From Desulfotalea psychrophila LSv54 (GTDB taxonomy: Bacteria; Desulfobacterota; Desulfobulbia; Desulfobulbales; Desulfocapsaceae), in contig NC_006138.1 of the NCBI RefSeq assembly GCF_000025945.1, positions 1,890,001-1,922,000 on the forward strand: 32,000 bases of DNA. The letters run 5' to 3'. Of this stretch, positions 18,787-29,697 are shown piece by piece. The notes below the pieces were generated by a model. The model was not told the origin of the DNA. It saw nothing but the letters and a program-made list of their open reading frames with translations, and ran no database searches. The position numbers were made by a program, and so were the translations under genes. Numbering within the stretch: the stretch's first letter is position 1; every line of letters starts with the position of its first letter.

Positions 18787-19200
18787 CTTATGCTTGTCTT
18801 TTTTTTCAAGGAAAAGAAAATTATAAACGATCTCTTTTATCTGTCAACAAAGGAGAATAAAAAATGGTGCAAAAGCATATTTGCTTAAATAAAGTTTGCT
18901 CTTCCTCTTTTTTAGGCGATGAATATTCAGACAAGGGTCGGTTGATTTTTCGTCTCTTCTGTTGAAGAAGGCTATTTCGTAGAGCTGATGGCTCATTATT
19001 ATATACCTTAATAGATTGTTATAGTTATATATCTTTATATGACAGGTCTGTTTTTTTGTAGATGAATAGAGGCATGAGGAATGAGTTTTTACTGCGACTC
19101 TTTCGGGGAAAAAAGATGCTAAAAAGTGCTATTTTCGGTGGAAAACTGGCGAAAGATAGTATAAGGTGGGCGATCTTCGTTTTTTTCATCTATTTTCTGA

Positions 19201-19953
19201 ATGAATGGTGGTTTGATGGCCAGTTTGGTTGTTTTTTTTGCGTGGATGTTAGCGGGCTTTGTCAACAACATTGCGGGTTTTGGGGCTGCGATGGTTGCCA
19301 TGCCCATTATTGCTATATGGAGTGCCGTGGTTGGCGAGAGTATTAGTGTCGCTGTGCCAAGCTGTACTCTTATTGTTTTGGCCCTGAATGTACAACTTGC
19401 CTGGTCACATCGTAGCTATATTCAATGGGCTCGGTTGAAGTATCTTGTCATTGGCGGGATTTTTGGTACCGCAGTTGGCATAAAGGTTTTACCCCTGCTT
19501 TCCGAGACAGTCCTCCAACTCTCCATGGGAATTTTTCTTATACTCTATGGCGGTCTAGGCCTGATTCGTCGAGAAAAAAAACAGGTTGCCATAAGTTCAG
19601 TTTGGGGACTTTTGGCGGGTATCCTGTCAACGATACTGGGATTGGCCTTTGGCTTTAATGGACCACCTCTTGCTGTCTATGTGGCTCTTACCCGTTGGCC
19701 GCAGGAGGCAGTTAAGGGGATTTTAAGTGCAGCCTTTATTCTTTCCTGCCTGATAATTCTTGTTGGCCAGATATTGACAGGCCTGCAAACTCTCACAACA
19801 TTTTTAACATTTCTACTTGCCCTGCCTGGGGTACTCTGTGGTGGTTTTGTGGGAATCAGGGTGTCGAAGCGATTAGGTGAGCGCTCCTATAGAACTATTA
19901 TTTTTGTCGGTCTTATCTTTATGGGACTTTCTCTGCTTGTGGCTGCGTTTTAA
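19201..19953 (+). CDS. TSUP family (TauE/SafE-like) membrane permease
   Basis: Multi-pass hydrophobic protein: AGFVNNIAGFGAAMVAMPIIAIWSAVVGESISVAVPSCTLIVLALNVQLAW, VIGGIFGTAVGIKVLPLLSE, FGFNGPPLAVYVALTRWPQEAVKGILSAAF. Exact start uncertain. Confidence 0.85.
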   Translation: MNGGLMASLVVFFAWMLAGFVNNIAGFGAAMVAMPIIAIWSAVVGESISVAVPSCTLIVLALNVQLAWSHRSYIQWARLKYLVIGGIFGTAVGIKVLPLLSETVLQLSMGIFLILYGGLGLIRREKKQVAISSVWGLLAGILSTILGLAFGFNGPPLAVYVALTRWPQEAVKGILSAAFILSCLIILVGQILTGLQTLTTFLTFLLALPGVLCGGFVGIRVSKRLGERSYRTIIFVGLIFMGLSLLVAAF

Positions 19954-20022
19954 CTTTAGTCTAAAGTGTTGATATATTTGTTTTAAATGTTTTATTAGTT
20001 AATAACTAAAAGGAAGGGAATT

Positions 20023-21729
20023 ATGCGAAAAAGAGTTTTATTGTTTCTGACTGTGACAGCTTTGGTGGCAATTTGCCAACCAGCATGGGCAGCAGATTCG
20101 AGTCTTGGACCCCAGAATGCGGTAAAATTTGGTCTTTTTACCCTTGTACCACCGCTTGTTGCCATTGTTCTGGCCTTTATTACCAGAAACGTAGTGATAT
20201 CTCTATTTCTCGGTGTGTTTTCCGGCGCTCTGATGCTTGAGACTAAGGGCCTTGATCTCTATCATGGCTTTTTGAATGGTTTCTTGCGTGTCTCCAATGA
20301 AATTCTTTCCTCCCTTGCAGATTCTTGGAACGCGGGTATTATTCTCCAGTGTTTGGCTATTGGTGGCTTGATTGCCCTCGTCTCTAAGATGGGTGGGGCT
20401 AAGGCCATTGCCGAGGCCCTTTCAAAGAAGGCAACAAGCCCAAGAAGTTCACAGTTTGTTACCTGGGTACTTGGTCTGTTTATCTTTTTTGATGACTATG
20501 CAAACTCACTGACTGTGGGTCCTATTATGCGTCCTGTAACCGATAAGATGAAGGTTTCCCGTGAGAAACTTGCCTTTATTATTGATGCAACGGCAGCTCC
20601 CATTGCCGGCATAGCCCTTATCTCTACCTGGGTTGCCTATGAGGTGGGTTTGATTCGTGATGGACTGCAGGGGATTGGGCTTGAAATAAATGCCTATGGA
20701 CTTTTTGTCGAGACCATTCCTTACCGTTTCTATAACATCTTAATCCTCTTTTTTATCATTGGTACTATTTGGTTCATGCGTGAGTTTGGCCCAATGTATA
20801 AGGCAGAGCAGCGTGCCAGAACCACCGGTAAGCTACTTGCTGACGATGCAAAACCAATGGTGGCTGATGAGGCAACAGATTTAGAGCCGGATCCTGATGT
20901 TAAGGCCAGTATCTGGTATGCAATTATTCCAATTGGTACCCTTATTGTCGCTGCCTTTCTCGGCTTCTATTTTAACGGTTACGGATCGGTAATGGCTGGA
21001 GGTAATGCTGCTCTTGTTACCCTGTTAAAAAATGATCCAATGAGCTTTTTGGCAGTACGAGAGGCCTTTGGCGCCTCCGATGCCTCCGTTGTGCTCTTTC
21101 AGGCAGCGCTTATTGCTGGCCTTGTTGCCATGGTAATTGCCGTAGGAAAAAGAATTCTCAGCATGGAACAGGCGGTTTCTACCTGGATTCAGGGAGTGAA
21201 ATCTTTGAATATTACCGCCGTTATCCTCCTGCTTGCCTGGTCTCTTTCCGGTATGATTAAGGAGCTCGGCACCGCATCCTATCTTGTTACCGTTCTTTCC
21301 GATGCAATCCCTGTATTTCTGCTCCCTGCAATTGTCTTTATTATGGGTTCAGTTATATCCTTTGCAACGGGAACATCCTACGGAACAATGGGTATTTTAA
21401 TGCCACTCTGTATTCCGCTTGCCTATGCGCTCTCTCCAGATCATTCATACCTTATTCTCAATGTGAGTGCGGTATTGACCGGCGCTATTTTTGGCGATCA
21501 CTGTTCCCCTATCTCGGATACAACGATTCTCTCCTCCATGGGTTCTGCCTGTGATCATATTGATCACACCAGAACACAGCTTTATTATGCGGTTCCCGTA
21601 GCGCTTATTGCCATTTTCTTTGGATATATCCCGGCAGGTCTTGGTATGCCTATTCTTTTGGTACTTCCCATTTCGATTCTGGCTGTTTTTGTCCTCATAC
21701 GCGTTGTTGGCAAGCCGGTAAGCAATTAG
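20023..21729 (+). CDS. NhaC-type Na+/H+ antiporter family protein
   Basis: FGLFTLVPPLVAIVLAFITRNVVISLFLGVFSG, FDDYANSLTVGPIMRPVTDKMKVSREKLAFIIDATAAPIAGIALISTWVAYE, GTSYGTMGILMPLCIPLA, GAIFGDHCSPISDTTILSSMGSACDHIDHTRTQLYYA. Confidence 0.92.
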   Translation: MRKRVLLFLTVTALVAICQPAWAADSSLGPQNAVKFGLFTLVPPLVAIVLAFITRNVVISLFLGVFSGALMLETKGLDLYHGFLNGFLRVSNEILSSLADSWNAGIILQCLAIGGLIALVSKMGGAKAIAEALSKKATSPRSSQFVTWVLGLFIFFDDYANSLTVGPIMRPVTDKMKVSREKLAFIIDATAAPIAGIALISTWVAYEVGLIRDGLQGIGLEINAYGLFVETIPYRFYNILILFFIIGTIWFMREFGPMYKAEQRARTTGKLLADDAKPMVADEATDLEPDPDVKASIWYAIIPIGTLIVAAFLGFYFNGYGSVMAGGNAALVTLLKNDPMSFLAVREAFGASDASVVLFQAALIAGLVAMVIAVGKRILSMEQAVSTWIQGVKSLNITAVILLLAWSLSGMIKELGTASYLVTVLSDAIPVFLLPAIVFIMGSVISFATGTSYGTMGILMPLCIPLAYALSPDHSYLILNVSAVLTGAIFGDHCSPISDTTILSSMGSACDHIDHTRTQLYYAVPVALIAIFFGYIPAGLGMPILLVLPISILAVFVLIRVVGKPVSN

Positions 21730-21751
21730 TCCTGTAATTTTGTCTGGTATC

Positions 21752-21788
21752 AAGCCCTTTGAAGATTTCTTCAAAGGGCTTTTTTTTG
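21752..21788 (+). terminator. Rho-independent terminator of the nhaC-like gene
   Basis: AAGCCCTTTGAAG-ATTT-CTTCAAAGGGCTT, perfect stem followed by a T-tract. Confidence 0.93.
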
Positions 21789-21877
21789 TTTTTGTCCTAT
21801 GACATTATGTAGATAATGATTAATTTGTTTTTGTTCCTGGTTCTAATAACTATTAAAGAGATAGATGCGGCATAACT

Positions 21878-22663
21878 ATGAAAAATTATTATGAAATACT
21901 GGGGCTTGATAAAGACTGTACGAGCGATGAGTTACGACGAAAATATCGCAAGCTTGCCATGAAGTATCACCCTGACCAGAACCCTGATAATCCCGAGTTT
22001 CAAGAAAAATTTAAGGAGATTGCCGAGGCCTATGGTGTCCTCAGTGATTCCAAAAAACGACAGGAGTACGATAGATTTGGGGCCGCAGGAGGTGGTTTTG
22101 GTGCCGGCACCACCGGCTTCTCCTATAGCCAGGAAGAAATTTTTCGTGATCTGTTCAATGATCCCCAGTTCCAGCAGATGTTCAGTACCATTTTAGGTGA
22201 GTTTCAGAAATCCGGTCTGCGTTCAAATCCTGAATTTGTCCAAAAGAGTTTTTTTGGTAAACGGGGTGGAATGTTTCTTGGTGGGGTAATGTTTTTGGGC
22301 TCTCTGGCAGGCCAGGTAGCAAAGGCAAAGATAAAAGAAAAACTTCCAAATAAAGAAACCGTTATGCGTTCTCTAGGCCGGCGGGTGGGAAATTTTCTTG
22401 GCTACGGCGAGGAGAAAAAAAAGGTAGCTGAACAGCTACCCTTATCCGGTGATATTGCCTATACTTTGGAGCTTAGTCTGGAAGAGATGAGAGTAGGAAA
22501 GACCGTGGAGATCTCTGTGCCTCATTCCGGGGGTGAAGAGCATTTTAAGGTGCAGGTTCCTGCCGGCTCAACTGTTGGGCAAAAGTTGCGTCTGCGGGGT
22601 CGTGGTGCCGAGTCGAGTCAGGGTAGGGGCGATCTATATCTTGAGCTTGGCCTGCCTGGCTGA
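21878..22663 (+). CDS. J-domain (DnaJ/CbpA-like) co-chaperone lacking the zinc-finger region
   Basis: [66 protein letters not shown] (HPD present); C-terminal [28 protein letters not shown]. Confidence 0.92.
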   Translation: MKNYYEILGLDKDCTSDELRRKYRKLAMKYHPDQNPDNPEFQEKFKEIAEAYGVLSDSKKRQEYDRFGAAGGGFGAGTTGFSYSQEEIFRDLFNDPQFQQMFSTILGEFQKSGLRSNPEFVQKSFFGKRGGMFLGGVMFLGSLAGQVAKAKIKEKLPNKETVMRSLGRRVGNFLGYGEEKKKVAEQLPLSGDIAYTLELSLEEMRVGKTVEISVPHSGGEEHFKVQVPAGSTVGQKLRLRGRGAESSQGRGDLYLELGLPG

Positions 22664-25201
22664 TATTCCTTCAAAGAGGAGGCGTTTCTCTTTGGGGAGG
22701 AGAGGGTTATCCGCTCTTTTCTCCAGTCCCTCTATCCGGTAGCGGCCATCTTTTATTTGGATATTTATGGTGGTGTTATTGGCTGTTAGATAGTAGGGAA
22801 GCAGGAGTCTGTTCAGCCGGGCTATTATTTTTTGATGGGGGAAAGACTCTCTGCGGCTGGGGCTTGAGGAGATGATGATGGCTCCGGGAGCAACGGCTCG
22901 TAAAAAATCCTCTGTGCTTGACGTCTTGGAACCATGATGACTGGCAAGTAGTATATCAGAATGGATATTTTGCTTAAGTAAGGCTTTTTCCGCTTTGGCA
23001 TGAATGTCTCCTGGAAAGAGAGCCGTGATGCCTCCCAACTTTGCCTGCAGGATAATACCCATATTTCTTGCCACTCTCTTGCCCTCTTTCTCTCTGCCAG
23101 CAAAATTATAGATACACGAGATAAGGCCTTTGCCAAAGGTGAAGGTGTCTCCCTGCTGGGCAATAATTACCTCTATTCCTTTCGCCTCTGCCTCTTGGAT
23201 AAGAGCGGAAAATCTTACCCCGTAACCTAAACGACTGGCAACAATGATCTTTTTGATGCCGAAATGCTTCAGTAAGAAGGGCAGGCCATTTGTGTGATCG
23301 CTGTCGCCATGGCTTACAAAAATGGCATCGAGGTTCGAAATTCCCCTATACCAGAGAAAGGGGGCAATAACCCTACTGCCAACTCCCGGTTGCAGATAGG
23401 CAGAACCGCCTCCGTCTATAAGTACCCTGTAGCCACCTTCCATCTCTAAAAGAGTTGCACTTCCCTGGCCAACATCGATGAAGCTGATAGAGTTTGTTCT
23501 CTGTAGAGAATTGAGGATGCCTGTGCTTGGTAGCCAGAGGAGGAGGAAGGCTGCGCCGATGAGTATAGAGGCAAGAACTGTCCCCCCTCTCCATAGGCCT
23601 CTTAAAAGTAAGAGGATGAAACCGAAATAGTAGAGTACTATCAGCCAGATGGCAGGTGTGGTTGTCCATATCTGGACAAAGGGTAGCCTGGCACAGAGGT
23701 CGGTGAAGGAGATACTGAGGAGGAGTCCCCATCCTCCCATATGTAGTAAAATTTCACTGAGGCCGGGGAGGATATATTTAAGGGGGATGGCGAGGATGCC
23801 AAGGGGCAAGCTCCAGAGACAGATAAGTGGTTCGGCAATGAGGTTGGTGATCGGGCCAATGAGGGATATGCGATTAAAGTGGAAGAGAGAGAGGGGGAGG
23901 ATTGCCAGAGTGGCAACCGTTGAAACGAGTAGGGCGGCTAGGATGATATTTTTGCTGATGAGTAACCATGAAATTGCACGACTTGTCTCCTTTGGTGGGG
24001 GGAGGAGGCGCTTTTGTAGTTGAGGGATGACAAGGGAGATGCCCACCACCGCCGCAAAGGAGAGTTGGAATGATGCCGTAAAAATTTGCTGTGGATGAGA
24101 GAGGAGGATCAGTAGTGCTGCGCAGGCAATGAGGGTGATAGGTGATTTTTTTCTATCAATGCACAGGGCAAAGAGGACAAGGCTTATCATGATAACTGCT
24201 CGGACCACTGGGGTATTTGTTCCCGTTATTAGTGAATATAAGAGGAGAAAGGGCAGACAGGTGAACGCTGCTATCTTGTGAATATCATAGTGGAGTAATA
24301 TATGGTTTGATTGTCGCAGGCAAAAAAGTATCAGGCCATAGAGCAGGGAAAAAATAATGGCCATATGCAGACCTGAAATTGCCAGGATATGCATGAGCCC
24401 ACATGTTTTGAAATTTTCCAGGACCGGTGTTGGAATAAGAGCACGGTCTCCCAAGAGGATGGCGCGGTATAATCCCGCAGTTGCAGGTTCTGTTTTGTCG
24501 ATAAATTCTCCAAAATCAGAGCGGATTCTCTCGGCAAGATAGAAGATGTTTGGTTTCGGGGATTGGGGGAGATTTTCTTTGTTAATTTTGCCAATGTGGA
24601 GGGGAGAGGCAATAGAGCCGGTGATCCAAATATCCTTTCTGGCCAAAAAAAGAGGATAGCTGAAGATACCTGCACCCTCATAGCCAACGGGCTTTTTGCA
24701 TTTTGCCCGGATGGCCACCATCTCTCCCGGTTTGATTTCCTCGGGCCATTTACCCTGCAGATAAAGGGATATTTTTCCTCTGGTTGGTGTCAGATTTTTT
24801 TTCAGGGGGTATTGGATATAAAGTCCATCCAGCAGGACCTTGGTGACGTGAGGAGAGGAGATTACCATGGAGTCCAAAACGCCAATGAGGGTAAGCTCTT
24901 GCGGAGTAGATATCTTCTCTCTTATATGGAGAGGATTTCTGGGCCCCAGGGCCGTTTGCTGGGTCTGGAGTATGCCGAGGAGAAAAAACAGGAGACAAAT
25001 GCTGAGCAGGCTTGCTGTTTTGTTCCGTAAAAAAAGAATCAGGACGGCCAGGCCGAGGAAGGCTATGCGGGTAGGGTCCACTCCGAGCAGATTGTATGTG
25101 CCGAGTAATATACCGAGACTGTAGGCAATGACAACAGCCGTGAGCAGGTAATAGCTTACCAGCCCTGTGAGAGTCTTTTTTGTTTTGTGATAGGGGAGCA
25201 C
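22634..25201 (-). CDS. comEC: ComEC/Rec2-family DNA internalization protein with C-terminal metallo-beta-lactamase-like domain
   Basis: [42 protein letters not shown], many TM segments, [63 protein letters not shown]. Confidence 0.95.
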   Translation of the reverse strand: MLPYHKTKKTLTGLVSYYLLTAVVIAYSLGILLGTYNLLGVDPTRIAFLGLAVLILFLRNKTASLLSICLLFFLLGILQTQQTALGPRNPLHIREKISTPQELTLIGVLDSMVISSPHVTKVLLDGLYIQYPLKKNLTPTRGKISLYLQGKWPEEIKPGEMVAIRAKCKKPVGYEGAGIFSYPLFLARKDIWITGSIASPLHIGKINKENLPQSPKPNIFYLAERIRSDFGEFIDKTEPATAGLYRAILLGDRALIPTPVLENFKTCGLMHILAISGLHMAIIFSLLYGLILFCLRQSNHILLHYDIHKIAAFTCLPFLLLYSLITGTNTPVVRAVIMISLVLFALCIDRKKSPITLIACAALLILLSHPQQIFTASFQLSFAAVVGISLVIPQLQKRLLPPPKETSRAISWLLISKNIILAALLVSTVATLAILPLSLFHFNRISLIGPITNLIAEPLICLWSLPLGILAIPLKYILPGLSEILLHMGGWGLLLSISFTDLCARLPFVQIWTTTPAIWLIVLYYFGFILLLLRGLWRGGTVLASILIGAAFLLLWLPSTGILNSLQRTNSISFIDVGQGSATLLEMEGGYRVLIDGGGSAYLQPGVGSRVIAPFLWYRGISNLDAIFVSHGDSDHTNGLPFLLKHFGIKKIIVASRLGYGVRFSALIQEAEAKGIEVIIAQQGDTFTFGKGLISCIYNFAGREKEGKRVARNMGIILQAKLGGITALFPGDIHAKAEKALLKQNIHSDILLASHHGSKTSSTEDFLRAVAPGAIIISSSPSRRESFPHQKIIARLNRLLLPYYLTANNTTINIQIKDGRYRIEGLEKRADNPLLPKEKRLLFEGISARQAKLKI

Positions 25202-25263
25202 GGCCGCCTCAAGAAGATTGTGTGTCCCCTTAGTTTGGCATAGAAAAAATAAAAAGGGTAATC

Positions 25264-26538
25264 TTATCCATCAAGCAGTTGCCTGATATAGTGCATATGC
25301 CTTGGGATTACGCCCTGTTGTTTCTCGATGCATCGATGGGCCGCATCGCCCATCTCCTTCCTCCTTGTCTTAGACTGGAGAAGCTGATTGCAAAGACTTA
25401 CCAAGGTTTGCTCAGAAACCTCCAGTGCGCCACCTGTCTCCAGGAGGAGCTGCCGTATTTCCCTGAAATCAGACATGTGTTTTCCAAAAAGTACGGGGAT
25501 ATTCATCAGGGCGGGTTCTATGGGATTGTGCCCACCGTAATCGATAAGACTTCCTCCCACAAAGGCGATTTGGCCCAGCTTGTAAAAGTGGATGAGTTCT
25601 CCGAGGCTGTCGACTATCAGGACATCGCTCTCCTCTGAGATATTTTCAGATCTCCTGTTGGCGCTGAGACTGAGTTCTCTGGCCTTTTTTTGGATTTCTG
25701 CACCGCAGCTGATGTTACGTGGAGCAATAATGAGGCGGGCATTTTTGTTCTCTGTGATAATTTCCCTGAATGCCTGGAGGATGATATCTTCTTCTCCGGG
25801 ATGGGTCGATCCTGCTATAATAAGCTGTTTTTCCCTTGCCAGACGGACAAAGAAATCTGGTAGTGGATTTTTCTTTTTATTGAGAACTGTGTCGAATTTC
25901 AGATTGCCCAAGGTCAGTATTTTTTCCGGACTGATCCCTAAGGAAAGCATGTTTTTTCGATCATTTTCTGTCTGCATAGAGAGGAAGGCGAAGTTTTTAA
26001 AGATGGGTTGAAAGAAGAGGTGAAAGCGTCTATAACGTGCCATTGATTTTTCTGATATTCTTCCATTTACCAGAATTTGTGGGATCTTTTTGCGCCTTAA
26101 GATGGTGGAGAGGTTGGGCCAGAAATCTGTTTCTACCTGAATATAAATATCCGGCTGTATTCTCTGCACAAAGAGATAAACAGCAGGTAGTATGTCAATG
26201 GGAGAACTGATAATGCTATCAACGTAGGGAGAGGCGACCGTCTCGGCAAGTTTTTTGCCTGAGCTTGTGCTCACTGTCATAATGATTCTGGCCCGAGGCA
26301 TATTCTGGCGTAGGGCGATGATGAGGGGAAGTACTGAGGTGACTTCGCCCACGGAGAGGGCATGGAGCCAGATGCACTTCTCTCCTGCCTGACCGGTGCT
26401 TATTGTCTTCTTGATCCCATAGCCTAAACGTTTTGGCATGGTAGTTCTGTATTTTTTCTTGGCCCAGATAAATAAAATTATAAGAGGCCATAGGCAGAGC
26501 AAGACGATAAGTTGTAGTATATTGTAGAATAAAATCAT
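25264..26538 (-). CDS. waaA: 3-deoxy-D-manno-octulosonic-acid transferase (KdtA/WaaA)
   Basis: IWLHALSVGEVTSVLPLI, QVETDFWPNLSTILRRKKIPQILVNGRISEKSMARYRRF, AGSTHPGEEDIIL, AFVGGSLIDYGGHNPIEPALMNIPVLFGKHMSDFREI. Confidence 0.96.
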   Translation of the reverse strand: MILFYNILQLIVLLCLWPLIILFIWAKKKYRTTMPKRLGYGIKKTISTGQAGEKCIWLHALSVGEVTSVLPLIIALRQNMPRARIIMTVSTSSGKKLAETVASPYVDSIISSPIDILPAVYLFVQRIQPDIYIQVETDFWPNLSTILRRKKIPQILVNGRISEKSMARYRRFHLFFQPIFKNFAFLSMQTENDRKNMLSLGISPEKILTLGNLKFDTVLNKKKNPLPDFFVRLAREKQLIIAGSTHPGEEDIILQAFREIITENKNARLIIAPRNISCGAEIQKKARELSLSANRRSENISEESDVLIVDSLGELIHFYKLGQIAFVGGSLIDYGGHNPIEPALMNIPVLFGKHMSDFREIRQLLLETGGALEVSEQTLVSLCNQLLQSKTRRKEMGDAAHRCIEKQQGVIPRHMHYIRQLLDG

Positions 26539-26596
26539 GTTGTTGTTGTGAAGTGATTATCTGAAAATTAAATTTTCCCCTGAGCCCTAAATTGTC

Positions 26597-27364
26597 ATGA
26601 ATATAATACTTTTTGAAGAAAAAGAAATCAGTAGTACTTATCATATCCAAATTACCGATCATCGGGCAAAGCATATTGTTAAGGTCCTGCGTTCTCAGGT
26701 GGGGGACAGGGTGCGGGTAGGGGTGATAGATGGTGGTCGTGGAATGGCAAAAATAGTTGCTATTAAGCCAAAATTTCCATTCTCTGTGGACCTTGATATT
26801 CAGCTTGAGACGACTCTTCCAGAAGAGAAACCAGTTATTGATCTTGTTCTTGCCCTGCCTCGACCTATTATGCTGCGGAGGATATTGAGTCAGGTGACCA
26901 GTCTGGGAGTAGGGCGTATCTTTTTAATTGATAGCCAGCGGGTGGAAAAAAGCTTTTGGCAGGCGAGTCTCTTGCAGAATGAACAGTATCGTGAACATCT
27001 GCTTATAGGACTTGAACAGGCAGTGGCAACGCGTCTGCCCGAGGTAAGCATCTATCCTAAATTTAAGGGGTTTATGGATGAGTTATTGGTCAAAGACCTT
27101 GATGACTATTCTGCTTTGATTGTGGCCGATCCTGCAGGAACAAACACTTTTTCCGAGGCCCTTCGGCAGGCAGGTGGTTCCCTGAGGCAGGGTGGCAGGG
27201 TTTTGCTCTGTGTTGGTCCGGAGGGTGGTTGGGTGCCAGCAGAAGTGGATCAATTTTCAGGCTGTGGTTTTTCCATCTGTACTATTGGTGAGCGTATCTT
27301 GAAGGTCGATACTGCAGTTATTGCTTTGCATAGTAGAATTATGGCATTGCGAGAAATCCTCTGA
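26597..27364 (+). CDS. rsmE: 16S rRNA (uracil(1498)-N(3))-methyltransferase, RsmE family
   Basis: HRAKHIVKVLRSQVGDRVRVGVIDGG, VLALPRPIMLRRILSQVTSLGVGRIFLIDS, VGPEGGWVPAEVDQFSGCGFSICTIGERILKVDTAVIALHSRI. Confidence 0.95.
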   Translation: MNIILFEEKEISSTYHIQITDHRAKHIVKVLRSQVGDRVRVGVIDGGRGMAKIVAIKPKFPFSVDLDIQLETTLPEEKPVIDLVLALPRPIMLRRILSQVTSLGVGRIFLIDSQRVEKSFWQASLLQNEQYREHLLIGLEQAVATRLPEVSIYPKFKGFMDELLVKDLDDYSALIVADPAGTNTFSEALRQAGGSLRQGGRVLLCVGPEGGWVPAEVDQFSGCGFSICTIGERILKVDTAVIALHSRIMALREIL

Positions 27365-28013
27365 TAGCAGATATGTCAGTTGGGTGGTAGTGGTAGATTG
27401 TACCTGATAGCAGAAGCAGCAGTAGATAGGTCAGTAGGCTTATGGGGCGATTTTTGGAGTAGAACTTCAGGGCTGATCCACTGGATCTCTTGAGCCTTGG
27501 CAGTAATCCATGTTGGAAGGATATAGAATAGAGCTCATCAATAATAAGATGACTCAAACAGCCGGAAAACACGGAAAATCCTACTATCAGGGCAAAGGTT
27601 GCGCCTGAGTTTATAAAGAGCAAATAGCCCATCTCCCCCATTAACAGGCAGAAGGGGATGCTATGCAGTATCCCTCGGTGGACGGTTAATTTTTTTACCA
27701 CTCCATAGAGAAAGTAGTTAATAAAGAAATAACTACAGAAGAAGTATAAAAATAAAAATTCAGGGGTTGGTTGCCTCTCCTGCTGTATCAGGCTAAGCAT
27801 AAGGGCGGGGATAATCAGGGATATTGAGGTGAATAAAAATCTGAGTGGTTTGCCAGAATCACTGTCTAAATCTGGCAGGGTGCCTCCTATTGCTCCTAAG
27901 AGAAAAACAGTGGCTGTTTGACTGATTGAAAAGTCAAAGGAGACCGTGCTCAGGGTGGATATTGCAAAACCAACGCAGGCTCCTGCGGTTAGATGTGTTG
28001 AAAAGTTTGCCAT
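27339..28013 (-). CDS. YdjM/DUF457-like membrane-bound metal-dependent hydrolase family protein
   Basis: FSTHLTAGACVGF, FLLGAIGGTLPDLDSDSGKP, VHRGILHSIPFCLLMG, GCLSHLIIDELYS; multi-pass membrane protein. Confidence 0.75.
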   Translation of the reverse strand: MANFSTHLTAGACVGFAISTLSTVSFDFSISQTATVFLLGAIGGTLPDLDSDSGKPLRFLFTSISLIIPALMLSLIQQERQPTPEFLFLYFFCSYFFINYFLYGVVKKLTVHRGILHSIPFCLLMGEMGYLLFINSGATFALIVGFSVFSGCLSHLIIDELYSISFQHGLLPRLKRSSGSALKFYSKNRPISLLTYLLLLLLSGTIYHYHPTDISAIRGFLAMP

Positions 28014-28389
28014 TTTATTTTCTACTCGCTTGTTATTTATACTAATTATCCTGTGTTCGCGGTCGTAGAGGCAAGGTATATTGTATATTGACCTATTTTA
28101 CAAACCATAAAAAAAGTTCGGGTGATCCTTGTTGGGGAATACGCTTACCAAGAGCCAATAAATCTGTGTAATTGGTAAAAAAAGACTAAGCATTTGCTTT
28201 TTTCGTAAAAGTAGCCTTTTGACATAGATTGTTCTTGTTTTTATAGAAAAATATAAAGAAAGAAAGGTGTTGACCGGATTGAGAGAGATGTATATTCTGG
28301 AAATCGTTTTGAAGTACTTGATAAGCAAAAATGATGGTTTATGTATAGAATTGTAGCAGGATTTTACGAGGGTAAAGGAGAACGGTGTA

Positions 28390-29571
28390 ATGACAGTTTA
28401 TAGAGTAAAGAAAATTAATAAGATAGCTCCTGAAGGCCTTGAGCTTTTTACTGATAAGTTTATCGTAAATGAAGATGAAAACGATCCTCAGGGGATTATT
28501 TTACGTAGTTCTCCTGTTGACGTTGATGATTATCCATCCTTGCTTGCTGTTGCCCGGGCAGGTGCCGGAACAAATAATGTTAATGTAGAAAGAGCTACCA
28601 AGAAGGGTATTTGCGTATTTAATACCCCCGGCGCCAATGCTAATGCCGTTGTAGACCTTGTTTTTCCTATGTTAGGTGTGTGGAAGCGTAATATCTTTAA
28701 CGGTATTAACTTTTGTAAATCTCTTACCGCAGTAGATCCCGATAAGGTAGATAGCGTTGTTGAAGCGCAAAAATCTGCCTATAAGGGAGAGGAGATAGCG
28801 GGTAAAAATTTGACGGTTGTGGGGCTTGGTCAAATTGGTGTTCGTTTGGCAAATGGTGGTATTCAGCGTCTTATGAATGTAAAGGGCTTTGATCCTGCCC
28901 CGGCTCTTGAAAATATTCATCAGCTCTCTCCTCAGGTACGTGTCTGTCGAGCTTTAAAAGATGCGGTGAGTGACGCTGATGTGATAAGTTTGCATCTTCC
29001 CCTGAACGATCGAACTAGAAATCTGGTTAATGCAGAGTTTTTGGCGAAGGTGAAAAGGGGAGCAATCCTTATTAACTATTCAAGGGCTCCAATCGTAGAT
29101 GAGCAGGCTGTTCTCGATGCCCTTGACAGCGGTCAGCTTGGCGCTTTTCTTTCTGATTTCCCCACTGCTAAAACCATTGGCCATGAGAAGATTTTGACGA
29201 CGCCACATCTTGGGGCGTCTACTTCTCAATCCGAGGGTAACTGCTCTACCATGGCGGTAAAGGAGCTTTCAAGTTATCTTAAATATGGAAATGTCGTTCA
29301 CAGTGTAAACTTTCCTAATATAGAGTCTACTCCTGCTGATACTGTTAAAAACAGACTTATTGTTATTAATAAGGATGTTCCTGGTATGATTGCCAATGTT
29401 TCCAATATATTCAGTGGTTTTAACGTGAATATTGTAAGCTATCTCAACCAGTCAAACGGTGCCATTGGTTATAATATTATTGATATGGAAGAGACGATTC
29501 CGGAAGAACTTGTGGCAAAAATTGTTGAACTGCCCGATGTTATCAGAACTCGAGTAATTGAATTTGCTTAG
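28390..29571 (+). CDS. serA: D-3-phosphoglycerate dehydrogenase-like protein with C-terminal ACT domain
   Basis: SD AAGGAG at 28375-28380; VARAGAGTNNVNVERATKKGICVFNTPGANANAVVDLV, NLTVVGLGQIGVRLANGG, TTPHLGASTSQSEGNCSTMAVKELSSYLKYG, and ACT-like RLIVINKDVPGMIANVSNIFSGFNVNI. Confidence 0.9.
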   Translation: MTVYRVKKINKIAPEGLELFTDKFIVNEDENDPQGIILRSSPVDVDDYPSLLAVARAGAGTNNVNVERATKKGICVFNTPGANANAVVDLVFPMLGVWKRNIFNGINFCKSLTAVDPDKVDSVVEAQKSAYKGEEIAGKNLTVVGLGQIGVRLANGGIQRLMNVKGFDPAPALENIHQLSPQVRVCRALKDAVSDADVISLHLPLNDRTRNLVNAEFLAKVKRGAILINYSRAPIVDEQAVLDALDSGQLGAFLSDFPTAKTIGHEKILTTPHLGASTSQSEGNCSTMAVKELSSYLKYGNVVHSVNFPNIESTPADTVKNRLIVINKDVPGMIANVSNIFSGFNVNIVSYLNQSNGAIGYNIIDMEETIPEELVAKIVELPDVIRTRVIEFA

Positions 29572-29635
29572 AGGGATGTTTGTTATTCTGGCGTAAAGTT
29601 GGAGTGACTGGAGTCTGTTAAAGCGCTCTTTTTCT

Positions 29636-29674
29636 AAAAAGCCGCTCTCGCCATGCGAGAGCGGCTTTTTTTTT
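29636..29674 (+). terminator. Rho-independent terminator after the serA-like gene
   Basis: AAAAAGCCGCTCTCGC-CAT-GCGAGAGCGGCTTTTT, perfect stem with T-tract. Confidence 0.95.
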
Positions 29675-29697
29675 ATCTTTTTTCCTTAGGTGCTGTT

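Noticed and set aside
18111-18860. 249-aa plus-strand ORF and others antisense to metY
   Set aside because: Opposite-strand shadow of a highly conserved PLP enzyme gene; composition follows the reverse strand.
17448-19953. metY plus TauE/SafE-type permease as a possible sulfur-metabolism island
   Set aside because: The genes are on opposite strands with a ~480 bp gap and no shared regulatory element found; proximity alone is weak evidence.
28098-28328. 76-aa minus-strand ORF upstream of the serA-like gene
   Set aside because: AT-rich intergenic DNA, no clear ribosome site or family resemblance; may overlap the serA-like promoter region.
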